From Mustelus asterias (Eukaryota), in assembly GCF_964213995.1 (NCBI RefSeq), contig NC_135825.1, forward strand, positions 12,028,001 to 12,092,000: DNA of 64,000 bases, in the 5' to 3' direction. The notes beneath the pieces were generated by a model. That model did not search any database. It saw only the letters and a list, made by a program, of their open reading frames with translations, and was not told the DNA's origin. A program made the translations under genes and the position numbers. Positions 11,572-24,133 of this stretch are shown here, one piece after another (positions within the stretch are counted from its first letter, which is position 1; the number at the start of each line of letters is the position of its first letter).

Positions 11572-12856
11572 GTACATTGTTCTCAGTGATTATCTTTATT
11601 CCACTCGAAAGAAATGTCTGATCGGTGCTTTATCTGGGAGGAGGCATTGACAGCTCCGATATCCCGAGGCTCCGCAGCAGTGCAGAGTCTGGCAGCTAGA
11701 GGGCAGTTAGAACAATGATTATGTTGGAGGAATTGTAATTCAGAGGCCCAGAGTAATGATCCAGAGAGATGGGGTCAGATTTATTGCACCTTGGACACTG
11801 CTCTGCTGGTTAACAAGTTGGCAAGGACCCAACCCTTGCTCCCGATGCCTGGACAATAGACCTTGACCACTTCCCGGATACTCACCAGATACTCACCAAC
11901 TGCTCACTTCTTCCCCTCTTGTAAATTCCTTCAGCTCATTAAACCTCCAGACTCAGTCGGAGTCAGACTCCAGTGCTGGTTACACTGAGAATGCCTGAAT
12001 TTATATGTTCAAAAACAAAGGGACTTAGTACAAAAAGACCAGTTCAAGCCAGTTTCCCCAATTAACTATTCCAGTTGCTGCCAGTGGATAGCTTCCATCT
12101 CCCAGCTCATGTCCTTTGGGTGATACTTACGTCGGAATTTTACTGCCTCGCCCGCCATGGTATCGGAGCGGGTGTGGGACAGACAACGGAAATGTCTGTT
12201 GACCTTGGATGGGAATTTCCAGTCTCGCGCATTCGAGGCCATAAAACCCCGCCCTCAACTTGAAACAGTATTCACACTTAAATGTTAAATGGTACTTACT
12301 GTTAAATGTCAAATACAAATACAAACAATGGCTGGAATTCACCAAACGCCGCAGCTGGAATCATCCAGTCCCGCTGCTGTGAATGGAGATTTGTCCGAGC
12401 GCCAATGTCCCTCTTCCAACTGGCAGCAGGGGCGGATCGCTCGATATCGGAGAATTCAGGTCGAGATTAGATTTTCAAAAAGATATTTAAGTCTCCGTTA
12501 TCTCAGTAAACATCCACAGTCTATCTCAGGTCACACTCCAATGCTTGTTACGAACTAATCTGCTGTCATGAATATCTGCTGTCCGTGACTGCAATCAATA
12601 GATACTACCTGCATTCGGCCAAGCTCCCACTGCCATCTCTCTCTCTCTCTCTAACACTTTCCCTTCCTCCTCACACCCTGGATGAGGTGTAGAATTATTG
12701 GGACTATGAAACTATTTAACTTTTTGGTCATTCTAAAGTTTAAAGTTTTAAAGTTTAAAGTTAAAGCTTTTTGAAATTAGTGTCACAAGTAGGCTTACAT
12801 TAACACTGCAATGAAATTACTGTGAAAATCCATTAATGATTGTCTTTTTCCCACAG

Positions 12857-13180
12857 AACCCGTGTCTGTTCCTGAACTTAAATTTCTATCACCACCAAAT
12901 GCTTCATGTTCTGGGGGCTCAGTGTCCGTCTCCTGTGAGTCTGTCCAGGGATCACTTCCCATTCGGTACACATGGTATGAAAAGACCCCGTCTGAAGATT
13001 CAAAGATCTCTGACACCAATAAACTGGATCTACATTGTCAATCCTTCAAACAGCAACATCATCAATATTACTGCACAGCCTCAAATCACCAGGGAGAAAA
13101 ATCCAGTGAAATGGTTACAGTGTCAGTGATCCACATTTCAGAGAATGATTGCAGTTATTTAACACAAATCAGCAACCTTG
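12857..13180 (+). CDS. Ig C2/I-type exon C2
   Basis: Open frame, intact splice sites, copy of C1. Confidence 0.88.
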
Positions 13181-13848
13181 GTAAATATCACTTTCAGCTT
13201 CAAAAAATTCCACTAATTGTTAAATTAATGTCTGTCTGAATTACTCACAGGTTTAGTTCTATTGGTCGTTCAAAGCAATTTTAATAAAAATAGAATTGCA
13301 TTTTATTTCGCTTTTCACAACTTCAGGACAGTTTTAAAGTCAGTTCTGGTCAATGCTGGAACTGATTCAGAGCCATTGTTGTGATGTAGGAAGCTCAGCA
13401 CCAATTTGTGAGCAATAAGCTCCTTCAAGGAGCAATGTGATGATGAGCAGACAATCTGCTGTCTGACAATTGCTGTTTGAGAATACAATAACTCCAGGAG
13501 CCGGCTGTGAAGGAACTGTGCTTCTATTGTACAAAATGAAAATAAAGAATTGCCACACATCTGTGGTGAGCACTACAGGTCCCAACCTGGACTAAAAGAT
13601 GAATGGAACCACTCAAGGTCTTGCTTTATAAAGGGCTTGGTGTACAATCTCAATATGGTTGTCTAATTATCAATCCGCAGGAAGTACATATTCAATGTGC
13701 CCAACGATATCAAACAAGGAGGTATCCAATTGCATTAGAAGGTGTATTGGAGAGATTTCTCTGAACACAGCGGTAATTCCTATTGAAATATATCTGTTTG
13801 TATGAAGCAATTATGTTCAGTTCAATTTTTGACCTGTTGTCTTTTCAG

Positions 13849-14157
13849 CTGCAAGTGCATTGTGGGCAAAAGATAATGTAACAGGAGTTTTGGGAAGATC
13901 GATCACTATAGATTGTCACTATGACAAATTGTCTCAGTCACATGTGAAATCTTGGAGTCGTCAGTGCTCTGTTTTGGTGAAATCAGACGATCCAGATGGA
14001 CGGCGAGGGAGAATGTCGATCACAGATAACAAGACACAAGGATTATTTGTTGTTACTATGGAGGATCTTCGCTCAGGAGATGCAGGATGGTACAGCTGTG
14101 GAATTGATAAGCCCGACTTCCTTTCAATATTTCCTGTAAAGCTACAAATATCTGACG
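13849..14157 (+). CDS. Ig V exon V2
   Basis: Open frame, intact splice sites. Confidence 0.88.
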
Positions 14158-15434
14158 GTACATTGTTCTCAGTGATTATCTTTATTACTCTTGACTGAAA
14201 TGTCTGATCGGTGCTTTATCTGGGAGGAGACATTGACAGCTCCGTTATCCCGAGGCTCCGCAGCAGTGCAGAGTCTGGCAGCTAGAGGGCAGTTAGAACA
14301 ATGATTATGTTGGAGGAATTGTAATTCAGAGGCCCAGAGTAATGATCCAGAGAGATGGGGTCAGATTTATTGCACCTTGGAACCCGCACTCCTGGTTAAC
14401 AAGTTGGCAAGGACCCCACCCTTGCTCCCGATGGCTGGACAATCGACCTTGACCTCTTCCCGGATACTTACCAGATACTCACCAACTGCTCACATCTTCC
14501 CCTCTTGTAAATTCCTTCAGCTCATGAAACCTCCAGAGTCGGTCGGAGTCAGACTCCAGTGCTGGTTGCACTGAGAATGCCTGAATTTATATGTTCAAAA
14601 ACAAAGGGACTCAGTACAAAAAGACCAGTTCAAGACCAGTTTCCCCAATTAACTATTCCAGTTGCTGCCAGTGGATAGCTTCTATCTCCCTGCTCATGAC
14701 CTTTGGATGATACTTACGTCGGAATTTTACTGCCTCGCCCGCCATAGTATCGGAGCGGGTGTGGGGCAGACAACGGAAATGTCTGTTGACATTGGGATTT
14801 TCCTGTGTCGCTCATTCGAGGCCATAAAACCCCACCCTCAACTTTAAACAGTACTCACACTTAAATGTTAAATGGTACTTACTGTTGAATGTCAAATACA
14901 AACAATGGCTGGAATTCACCAAACGCCGCAGCTGGAATCATCCAGTCCCGCTGCTGTGAATGGAGATTTGGCCGAGCACCAATGTCCCTCTTCCAACTGG
15001 CAGCAGGGGCGGATCGCTCGATATCGGAGAATTCAGGTCGAGATTAGATTTTTAGATAGACATTTTCAGTCTCCGTTATCTCAGTAAACATCCACAGTCT
15101 ATCTCAGGTCACACTCCGATGCTTGTTACGAACTAATCTGCTGTCATGAATATCTGCTGTCCGTGACTGCAATCAATAGATACTACCTGCATTCGGCCAA
15201 GCTCCCACTGCCATCTCTCTCTCTCTCTCTAATACCTTCCCTTCCTCCTCACACCCTGGATGAGGTGTAGAATTATTGGTAACATGAAACTATTTAATTT
15301 TTTGGTCATTCTAAAGTTTAAAGTTTTAAAGTTTAAAGTTAAAGCTTTTATCAATTAGTGTCACAAGTAGGCTTACATTAACACTGCAATGAAGTTACTG
15401 TGAAAATCCGTTAATGATTGTCTTTTTCCCACAG

Positions 15435-15758
15435 AACCCGTGTCTGTTCCTGAACTTAAATTTCTATCACCACCAAATGCCTCATGTTCTGGGGGCTCAG
15501 TGTCCGTCTCCTGTGAGTCTGTCCAGGGACCAGGTCCCATTCAGTACACATGGTATGAAAAGACCCCGTCTGAAGATTCAAAGATCTCTGACACCAATAA
15601 ACTGGATCCACATTGTCAATCCTTCACACAGCAACATCATCAATATTACTGCACAGCCTCAAATCACCAGGGAGAAAAATCCAGTGAAATGGTTACAGTG
15701 TCAGTGATCCACATTTCAGAGAATGATTGCAGTTACTTAACACAAATCAGCAACATTG
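15435..15758 (+). CDS. Ig C2/I-type exon C3 (private substitutions SL>PG, L>P)
   Basis: Open frame, intact splice sites. Confidence 0.75.
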
Positions 15759-16423
15759 GTAAATATCACTTTCAGCTTCAAAAAATTCAACTTATTTTTA
15801 AATTAATGTCTGTCTGAATTGCTCACGGGTTTAGTTCTGTTGGCCGTTCAAAGCAATTTTAATAAAAATAGAATTGCATTTTTACGCTTTTCACAACTTC
15901 AGGACAGTTTTAAAGTCAGTTCTGGTCACTGCTGGAACTGATTCAGAGCCATTGTTGTGATGTAGGAAGCTCAGCACCAATTTGTGAGCAATAAGCTCCC
16001 TCAAGGAGCAATGTGATCATGAGCAGACAATCTGCTGTCTGACAATTGCTGTTTGAGAATATAATAACTCCAGGAGCCGGCTGTGAAGGAACCGTGCTTC
16101 TGTTGTACAAAATGAAAGTAAAGAATTACCACATGCCTGTGGTGAACACAAAGGTCCCAACCTGGACGAAAAGATTAATGGGACCACTCAAGGTCTTGCT
16201 TTATAAAGGGCTTGGGATACAATCTCAATATGGTTGTCTAATTATCAATCCGCAGGAAGCACATATTGAATGTGCCCAGTGATATCAAACAAGGAAGTAT
16301 CCAATTGCATTAGAAGATGTATTGGAGAGATTTCTCTGAACACAGTGGTAAATCCTATTGAAATATATCTGTTTGTATTGAGCAATTATTTTCAGTTCAA
16401 TTTTTGATCTGTTGTCTTTTCAG

Positions 16424-16732
16424 CTCCAAGTGCATTGTGGGCAAAAAATGATGTAACAGGAGTTTTGGGAAGGTCGATCACTATAGATTGTCACTATGAC
16501 AAATTGTCCCAGTCACATGTGAAATCTTGGAGTCGTCAGTGCTCTGTTTTGGTAAAATCAGCCGATCCAGATGGACGGCGAGGGAGAATGTCGATCACAG
16601 ATAACAAGACACAAGGATTATTTGTTGTTACTATGGAGGATCTTCGCTCAGGAGATGCAGGATGATAGAGCTGTGGAATTGATAAGCCCGGCTTCCTTTC
16701 AATATTTCCTGTAAAGCTACAAATATCTGACG
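16424..16732 (+). pseudogene. Ig V exon V3 with two in-frame stops
   Basis: GGA TGG TAC AGC TGT in other copies reads GGA TGA TAG AGC TGT here (16663-16668); splice sites still intact. Confidence 0.9.
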
Positions 16733-18006
16733 GTACATTGTTCTCAGTGATTATCTTTATTCCACTCGACTGAAATGTCTGATCGGTGCTTTATCTGGGA
16801 GGAGACATTGACAGCTCCGATATCCCGAGTCTCCGCAGCAGTGCAGAGTCTGGCAGCTAGAACAATGATTATGTTGGAGGAATTGTAATTCAGAGGCCCA
16901 GAGTAATGATCCAGAGAGATGGGGTCAGATTTATTGCACCTTGGACACTGCTCTGCTGGTTAACAAATTGGCAAGGAACCAACCCATGCTCCCGATGGCT
17001 GGACAATAGACCTTGACCACTTCCCGGATACTCACCAGATACTCACCAACAGCTCACTTCTTCCCCTGTAGTAAATTCCTTCAGCTCATTAAACCTCCGG
17101 AGTCGGTCGGAGTCAGACTCCAGTGCTGGTTGCATTGAGAATGCCTGAATTTATATGTTCAAAAACAAAGAGACTTAGTACAAAAAGACCAGTTGAAGCC
17201 AGTTTTCCCAATTAACTATTCCAGTTGCTGCCAGTGGATAGCTTCCATCTCCCAGCTCATGCCCTTTGGATGATACTTACGTCGGAATTTTACTGCCTCG
17301 CCCGCCATGGTATCGGAGCGGGTGTGGGGCAGACAACGGAAATGTCTGTTGATATTGGATGGGAATTTCCAGTCTCGCTCATTCAGGGCCATAAAACTCC
17401 GCCCTCAACGTTAAACAGTACTCACACTTAAATGTTAAATGGTACTTACTGTTAAATGTTAAATACAAAGGCAAACAATGGCTGGAATTCACCAAACGCC
17501 GCAGCTGGAATCATCCAGTCCCGCTGCTGTGAATGGAGATTTGGCCGAGTGCCAATGTCCCTCTTCCAACTGGCAGCAGGGGCGGATCGCTCGATATCGG
17601 AGAATTCAGGTCGAGATTAGATTTTCAAAAAGATATTTAAGTCTCCGTTATCTCAGGAAACATCCACAGTCTATCTCAGGTCACACTCCAATGCTTGTTA
17701 CTAACTAATCTGCTATCATGAATATCTGCTGTCCATGACAGCAATCAATAGATACTACCTGCATTCGGCCAAGCTCCCACTGCCATCTCTCTCTCTCTCT
17801 CTAACACTTTCCCTTCCACCTCACACCCTGGATGAGGTGTAGAATTATTGGGACTATGAAACTATTTAATTTTTTGGTCATTCTAAAGTTTAAAGTTTTA
17901 AAGTTTAAAGTTAAAGCTTTTATAAATTAGTGTCACAAGTAGGCTTACATTAACACTGCAATGAAGTTTCTGTGAAAATCCGTTAATGATTGTCTTTTCC
18001 CCACAG

Positions 18007-18330
18007 AACCCGTGTCTGTTCCTGAACTTAAATTTCTATCACCACCAAATGCCACATGTTCTGGGGGCTCAGTGTCCGTCTCCTGTGAGTCTGTCCAGGG
18101 ATCACTTCCCATTCAATACACATGGTATGAAAAGACCCCGTCTGAAGATTCAAAGATCTCTGACACCAATAAACTGGATCTACATTGTCAATCCTTCACA
18201 CAGCAACATCATCAATATTACTGCACAGCCTCAAATCACCAGGGAGAAAAATCCAGTGAAATGGTTACAGTGTCAGCGATCCACATTTCAGAGAATGATT
18301 GCAGTTACTTAACACAAATCAGCAACATTG
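18007..18330 (+). CDS. Ig C2/I-type exon C4
   Basis: Open frame, intact splice sites. Confidence 0.85.
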
Positions 18331-18998
18331 GTAAATATCACTTTCAGCTTCAAAAAATTCAACTAATTTTTAAATTAATGTCTGTCTGAATTGCTCACGG
18401 GTTTAGTTCTGTTGGTCATTCAAAGCAATTTTAATAAAAAAAGAATTGCATTTTTTTTCATTTTTCACAACTTCAGGACAGTTTTAAAGTCAGTTCTGGT
18501 CAATGCTGGAACTGATTCAGAGCCATTGTTGTGATGTAGGAAGCTCAGCACCAATTTGTGAGCATTAAGCTCCATCAAGGAGCAATGTGATCATGAGCAG
18601 ATAATCTGCTGTCTGACAATTGCTGTATGAGAATATAATAACTCCAGGAGCCAGCTGTGAAGGAACCGTGCTTCTATTGTACAAAATGAAAGTAAAGAAT
18701 TACCACACACCTGTGGTGAACACTACAGGTCCCAACCTGGACTAAAAGATTAATGGAACCACTCAAGGTCTTGCTTTATAAAGGGTTTGGTATACAATCT
18801 CAATATGGTTGTCTAATTATCAATCCGCAGGAAGCACATATTCAATGTGCCCAACGATATCAAACAAGGAAGTATCCAATTGCATTAGAAGATGTATTGG
18901 AGAGATTTCTCTGAACACAGTGGTAAATCCTATTGAAATATATCTGTTTGTATTGAGCAATTATTTTCAGTTCAACTTTTGACCTGTTGTGTTTTCAG

Positions 18999-19307
18999 CT
19001 CCAAGTGCATTGTGGGCAAACAATAATGTAATAGGAGTTTTGGGAAGATCGATCACTATAGATTGTCACTATGACAAATTGTCCCAGTCACATGTGAAAT
19101 CTTGGAGTCGTCAGTGCTCTGTTTTGGTAAAATCAGCCGATCCAGATGGACGGCGAGGGAGAATGTCGATCACAGATAACAAGACACAAGGATTATTTGT
19201 TGTTACTATGGAAGATCTTCGCTCAGGAGATGCAGGATGGTACAGCTGTGGAATTGATAAGCCCGGCTTCCTTTCAATATTTCCTGTAAAGCTACAAATA
19301 TCTGACG
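18999..19307 (+). CDS. Ig V exon V4
   Basis: Open frame, intact splice sites. Confidence 0.85.
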
Positions 19308-20251
19308 GTACATTGTTCTCAGTGATTATCTTTATTACTCTCGACTGAAATGTCTGATCGGTGCTTTATCTGGGAGGAGACATTGACAGCTCCGATATCC
19401 CGATACTCCGCAGCAGTGCAGTGTCTGGCAGCTAGCGGGCAGTTAGAACAATGGTTATGTTGGAGGAATTGTAATTCAGAGGCCCAGAGTAATGATCCAG
19501 AGAGATGGGGTCAGATTTATTGCACCTTGGAACCCGCACTCCTGGTTAACAAGTTGGCGACGACCCCACCCATGCTCCCGATGCCTGGACAATAGACCTT
19601 GACCACTTCCCGGATACTCACCAGATACTCACCAACAGCTCACTTCTTCCCCTGTCGTAAATTCCTTCAGCTCATTAAACCTCCAGAGTCGGTCGGAGTC
19701 AGACTCCAGTGCTGGTTGCACTGAGAATGTCTGAATTTATATGTTCATAAACAAAGGGACTTAGTACAAAAAGACCAGTTCAAACCAGTTTCCCCAATTA
19801 ACTATTCCAGTTGCTGGCAGTGGATAGCTTCTATCTCCCAGCTCATGCCCTTTGGATGATACTTACGTCGGAATTTTACTGCCTCGCCCCACCATGGTAT
19901 CGGAGCGGGTGTGGGGCAGACAACGGAAATGTCTGTTGACATTGGATGGGATTTTCCAGTCTCGCTCATTCAAGGCCATAAAACCCCGCCCTCGACTTTA
20001 AACAGTACTCACACTTAAATGTTTAATGGTACTAACTGTTAAATGTTAAATACAAATACAAACAATGGCCGGAATTCACCGAACCCGTCCGCACCTGGAA
20101 TTATCCAGTCCCGCTGCTGCGAATGGAGATTTGGCTGATCCCCAATTTCCCTTTTCCAACTGGCAGCGGGGGTGGATCACTCGATATCAGAGAATTCAGT
20201 TCAAGATTCGATTGTTAAAAAGATATCTAAGTCTCCGTTATCTCAGCAAAC

Positions 20252-20596
20252 TGTGGGGCGGCACGGTAGCACAGTGGATAGCACTGCTGCTTCACAGCTC
20301 CGGGGACCTGGGTTCGATTCCCGGCTTGTGTCACTGTCTGTGTGGAGTTTGCACATTCTCCTCTTGTCTGCGTGGGTTTCCTCCGGGTGCTCCGGTTTCC
20401 TCCAACAGTCCAAAGATGTGCGGGTTAGGTTGATTGTCCATGCTAAAATTGCCCCTTACTTTCCTGAGATGCGTAGGTTAGAGGGATTAGCAGGTAAAAG
20501 TGTAGGGATATAGGAGTACGGCCTGGGTGGGATTGTGGTTGGTGCAAACTTGATGGGCCGAATGGCCTGTTTCTGCATTGTAGGGTTTCTATTTCT
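20252..20596 (+). mobile_element. HE1-type tRNA SINE inserted in intron V4-C5
   Basis: GGGCGGCACGGTAGCACAGTGG...GGTTCGATTCCC; absent from the same site in all other units. Confidence 0.85.
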
Positions 20597-20941
20597 AAAC
20601 ACTCACATTCTATCTCAGGTCACACTCCAATGCTTGTTACAAACTAATTTGCTATCATGAATATCTGCTGTCCATGAAAGCAATAAATAGATACTACCTG
20701 CATTCGGATAGCTCCCACTGCCATCTCTCTCTCCCTCTAACACTTTCTCTTCCTCCTCACACCCTGGTTGAGGTGTAGAAATATTAGTAATATGAAATTA
20801 TTTAATTTTTAGTCATTCTAAATTTCAAATTTTATTGTGTAAATTGGAAGATTTTTTAAATTAGTGTCACAAGTATACTTACATTCACACTGCAATGAAG
20901 TTACTGTGAAAATCCATTAATGATTGTCTTTTTTCCCACAG

Positions 20942-21265
20942 AACCCGTGTCTGTTCCTGAACTTAAATTTCTATCACCACCAAATGCCTCATGTTCTGGG
21001 GGCTCAATGTCTGTCTCCTGTGAGTCTGATCAGGGATCACTTCCCATTCAGTACACATGGTATGAAAAGGCCCCGTCTGAAGATTCAAAGATCTCTGACA
21101 CCAATAAACTGGATCTACATTGTCAATCCTTCAAACAGCAACATCATCAATATTACTGCACAGCCTCAAATAACCAGGGAGAAAAACCCAGTGAAATGGT
21201 TACAGTGTCAGTGATCCACATTTCAGAGAATGATTGCAGTTACTTAACACAAATCAGCAACCTTG
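20942..21265 (+). CDS. Ig C2/I-type exon C5
   Basis: Open frame, intact splice sites. Confidence 0.85.
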
Positions 21266-21914
21266 GTAAATATCACTTTAAGCTTCAAAAAATTCAACTA
21301 ATTTTTAAATTAATGTCTGTCTGAATTGCTCACGGGTTTAGTTCTGTTGGTCGTTCAAAGCAATTTTAATAAAAATAGTATTGCATTTTTTTTTCGCTTT
21401 AACAGTCAGTTCTGGTCAATGCTGGAACTGATTCAGAGCCATTGTTGTGATGTAGGAAGCTCAGCACCAATTTGTGAGCAATAAGCTCCCTCAAGGAGCA
21501 ATGTGACCCTGAGCAGACAATCTGCTGTCTGACAATTGCTGTATGAGAATATAATAACTCCAGGAGCCGGCTGTGAAGGGACTGTGCTTCTGTAGTACAA
21601 AATGAAAATAAAGAATTACCACATGTTTATGGTCAGCACTACAGGACACCACCAGGTCTAAAAGATTAATAATACCTCTCAAGGTCTTGCTTTATTAAGG
21701 TCTTGGGATACAATCTCATTATGGTTGTCTAATTATCAATCCGCAGGAAGCACATATTCACTGAGCCCAACGATCTCAAACAAGGAAGTATTTAATTGCA
21801 TTAGAAGATGTATTGGAGAGATTTTTCTGAACACAGTGGTAAATCCTATTGAAATATATCTGTTTGTATTGAGCAATTATTTTCAGTTCAATTTTTAATC
21901 TGTTGTCTTTTCAG

Positions 21915-22223
21915 CTCCAAGTGCCTTGTGGGCAAAAAATAATGTAACAGGAGTTTTGGGAAGATCGATCACTATAGATTGTCACTATGACAAATTGTCC
22001 CAGTCACATGTGAAATCTTGGAGTCGTCAGTGCTCTGTTTTGGTAAAATCAGACGATCCAGATGGACGGCGAGGGAGAATGTCGATCACAGATAACAAGA
22101 CACAAGGATTATTTGTTGTTACTATGGAGGATCTTCGTTCGGGAGATGCAGGATGGTACAGCTGTGGAGTTGATAAGCCCGGCTTCCTTTCAATATTTCC
22201 TGTAAAGCTACAAATATCTGACG
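21915..22223 (+). CDS. Ig V exon V5
   Basis: Open frame, intact splice sites. Confidence 0.85.
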
Positions 22224-23472
22224 GTAAATTGTTCTCCGTGATTATCTTTATTACTCTTGACTGAAATGTCTGATCGGTGCTTTATCTGGGAGGAGGCATT
22301 GACAGCTCCGATATCCCGAGGCTCCGCAGCAGTGCAGAGTCTGGCAGCTAGAGGGCAGTTAGCACAATGGTTATGTTGGAGGAATTGTAATTCAGAGGCC
22401 CAGAGTAATGATCCAGAGAGATGGGGTCAGATTTATTGCACCTTGGACACTGCTCTGCTGGTTATCTAGTTGGAGAAAACCCCAACCATGCTCCTGATGC
22501 CTGGACAATAGACCTTGACCACTCCCCGAGTACTCACCAGATACTCACTTCTTCTCCTGTTGAAAATTCCTTCAGATCATTAAACCTCCACACTCGGTTG
22601 AAGTCAGACTCCAGTGCTGGTTGCACTGAGAATGTCTGAATTTATGTGTTCAAAAGCAAAGGGACTCAGTACAAAAAGGCCAGTTCAAGCCAGTTTCCCC
22701 AATTAACTGTTCCAGTTGCTGCCAGTGGATAGCTTCTATCTCCCAGCTCATGTCCTTTGGTTGATACTTTCGTCGGAATTTTACTGCCTCGCCCGCCATG
22801 GTATCGGAGCGGGTGTGGGGCAGACAACGGAAATGTCTGTTGACCTTGGGCGGGATTTTCCAGTCTCGCTCACTCGAGGCCATAAAACCCCGCCGTAGAC
22901 TTGAAACAGTAGTCACACTTAAATGTTACATGGTATTTATTGTTATATGATAAATGCAAATACAAACATTGGCCGGAATTCACCAAACCCGTCCGCAGCT
23001 GGAATTATCCAGTCCCGCTGCTGTGAATGGTGATTTGCCTGTGCACCAAATTCCCTATTCCGACTGGCAGCAGGGGCGGATCACTCGATATCGGAGAATT
23101 CAGGTCAAGATTAGATTTTTAGAAAGATATTTACGTCTCCGTTATCTCAGTAAACATCCACAGTCCATCTCAGGTGACACTTCAATGCTTGTTACTAACT
23201 GTCCGTGACAGCAATCAATAGATACTACCTGCATTCGGACAAGCTCCCTCTGCCATCTCTCTCTCTCTCCAACACTTTCCCTTCCTCCTCACACCCTGGA
23301 TGAGGTGTAGAAATATTGGTATGATGAAACTATTTAATTTTTTGGTCATTTGAAAGTTCAAAGTTTTGAAGTTTAATGTTAAACATTTATTTAATTGTGT
23401 CACAAGTAGGCTTACATTAACACTGCAATGAAGTTTCTGTGAAAATCCGTTGATGATTGTCTTTTCCCACAG

Positions 23473-23796
23473 AACCTGTGTCAGTTCCTGAACTTAAATT
23501 TCTATCACCACCAAATGCCTCATGTTCTGGGGGCTCCGTGTCCGTCTCCTGTGAGTCTGTCCAGGGATCACTTCCCATTCAGTACACATGGTATGAAAAG
23601 ACCCCGTCTGAAGATTCAAAGATCTCTGACACCAATAAACTGGATCTACATTGTCAAGCCTTCAAACAGCAACATCATCAATATTACTGCACAGCCTCAA
23701 ATCACCAGGGAGAAAAATCCAGTGAAATGGTTCCAGTGTCGGTGATCCACATTTCAGAGAATGCTTGCAGTTATGTGACACAAATCAGCAACATTG
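23473..23796 (+). CDS. Ig C2/I-type exon C6
   Basis: Open frame, intact splice sites. Confidence 0.85.
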
Positions 23797-24133
23797 GTAA
23801 CTATCACTTTAAGCTTCAGAAAATTCAATTAATTTTTAAATTAATGTCTGTTTGCATTGCTCACGGGTTTAGTTCTATTGGTCGTTCAAAGAAATTTCAA
23901 TAAAAATGGAATTGCATTTATTTTTCACTTTTCACAACTTCAGGACAGTTTTAAAGTCAGTTCATAGAACATAGAACAAAGTAAAAATACAGCACAAACA
24001 GGCCCTTCGGCCCACAAGTTGCACCGGTCATGTCCCTACCTACCTAAGCTTACAAAGAACAAAGAACAAAGAACAGTACAGCACAGGAAACAGGCCCTTC
24101 GGCCCTCCAAGCCTGTGCCGCTCCTTGGTCCAA

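Noticed and set aside
12075-12558. Recurring ORFs MLPVDSF... and MAGIHQTPQ... in each unit
   Set aside because: They overlap short inverted-repeat-bounded shark repeats in the intron (similar pieces at ~49690, 57180, 59395, 61330); frames and lengths vary among units
12836-13129. Alternative-frame 97-aa ORF overlapping each C exon (MIVFFPQNPCLF...)
   Set aside because: Shadow of the Ig exon; it recurs only because the exons are near-identical and has no recognisable domain
14158-14198. Hydrophobic read-through tail of V exons (GTLFSVIIFITLD*) as a TM or GPI signal
   Set aside because: Only ~9 hydrophobic residues, no proper GPI spacer and no nearby poly(A) signal
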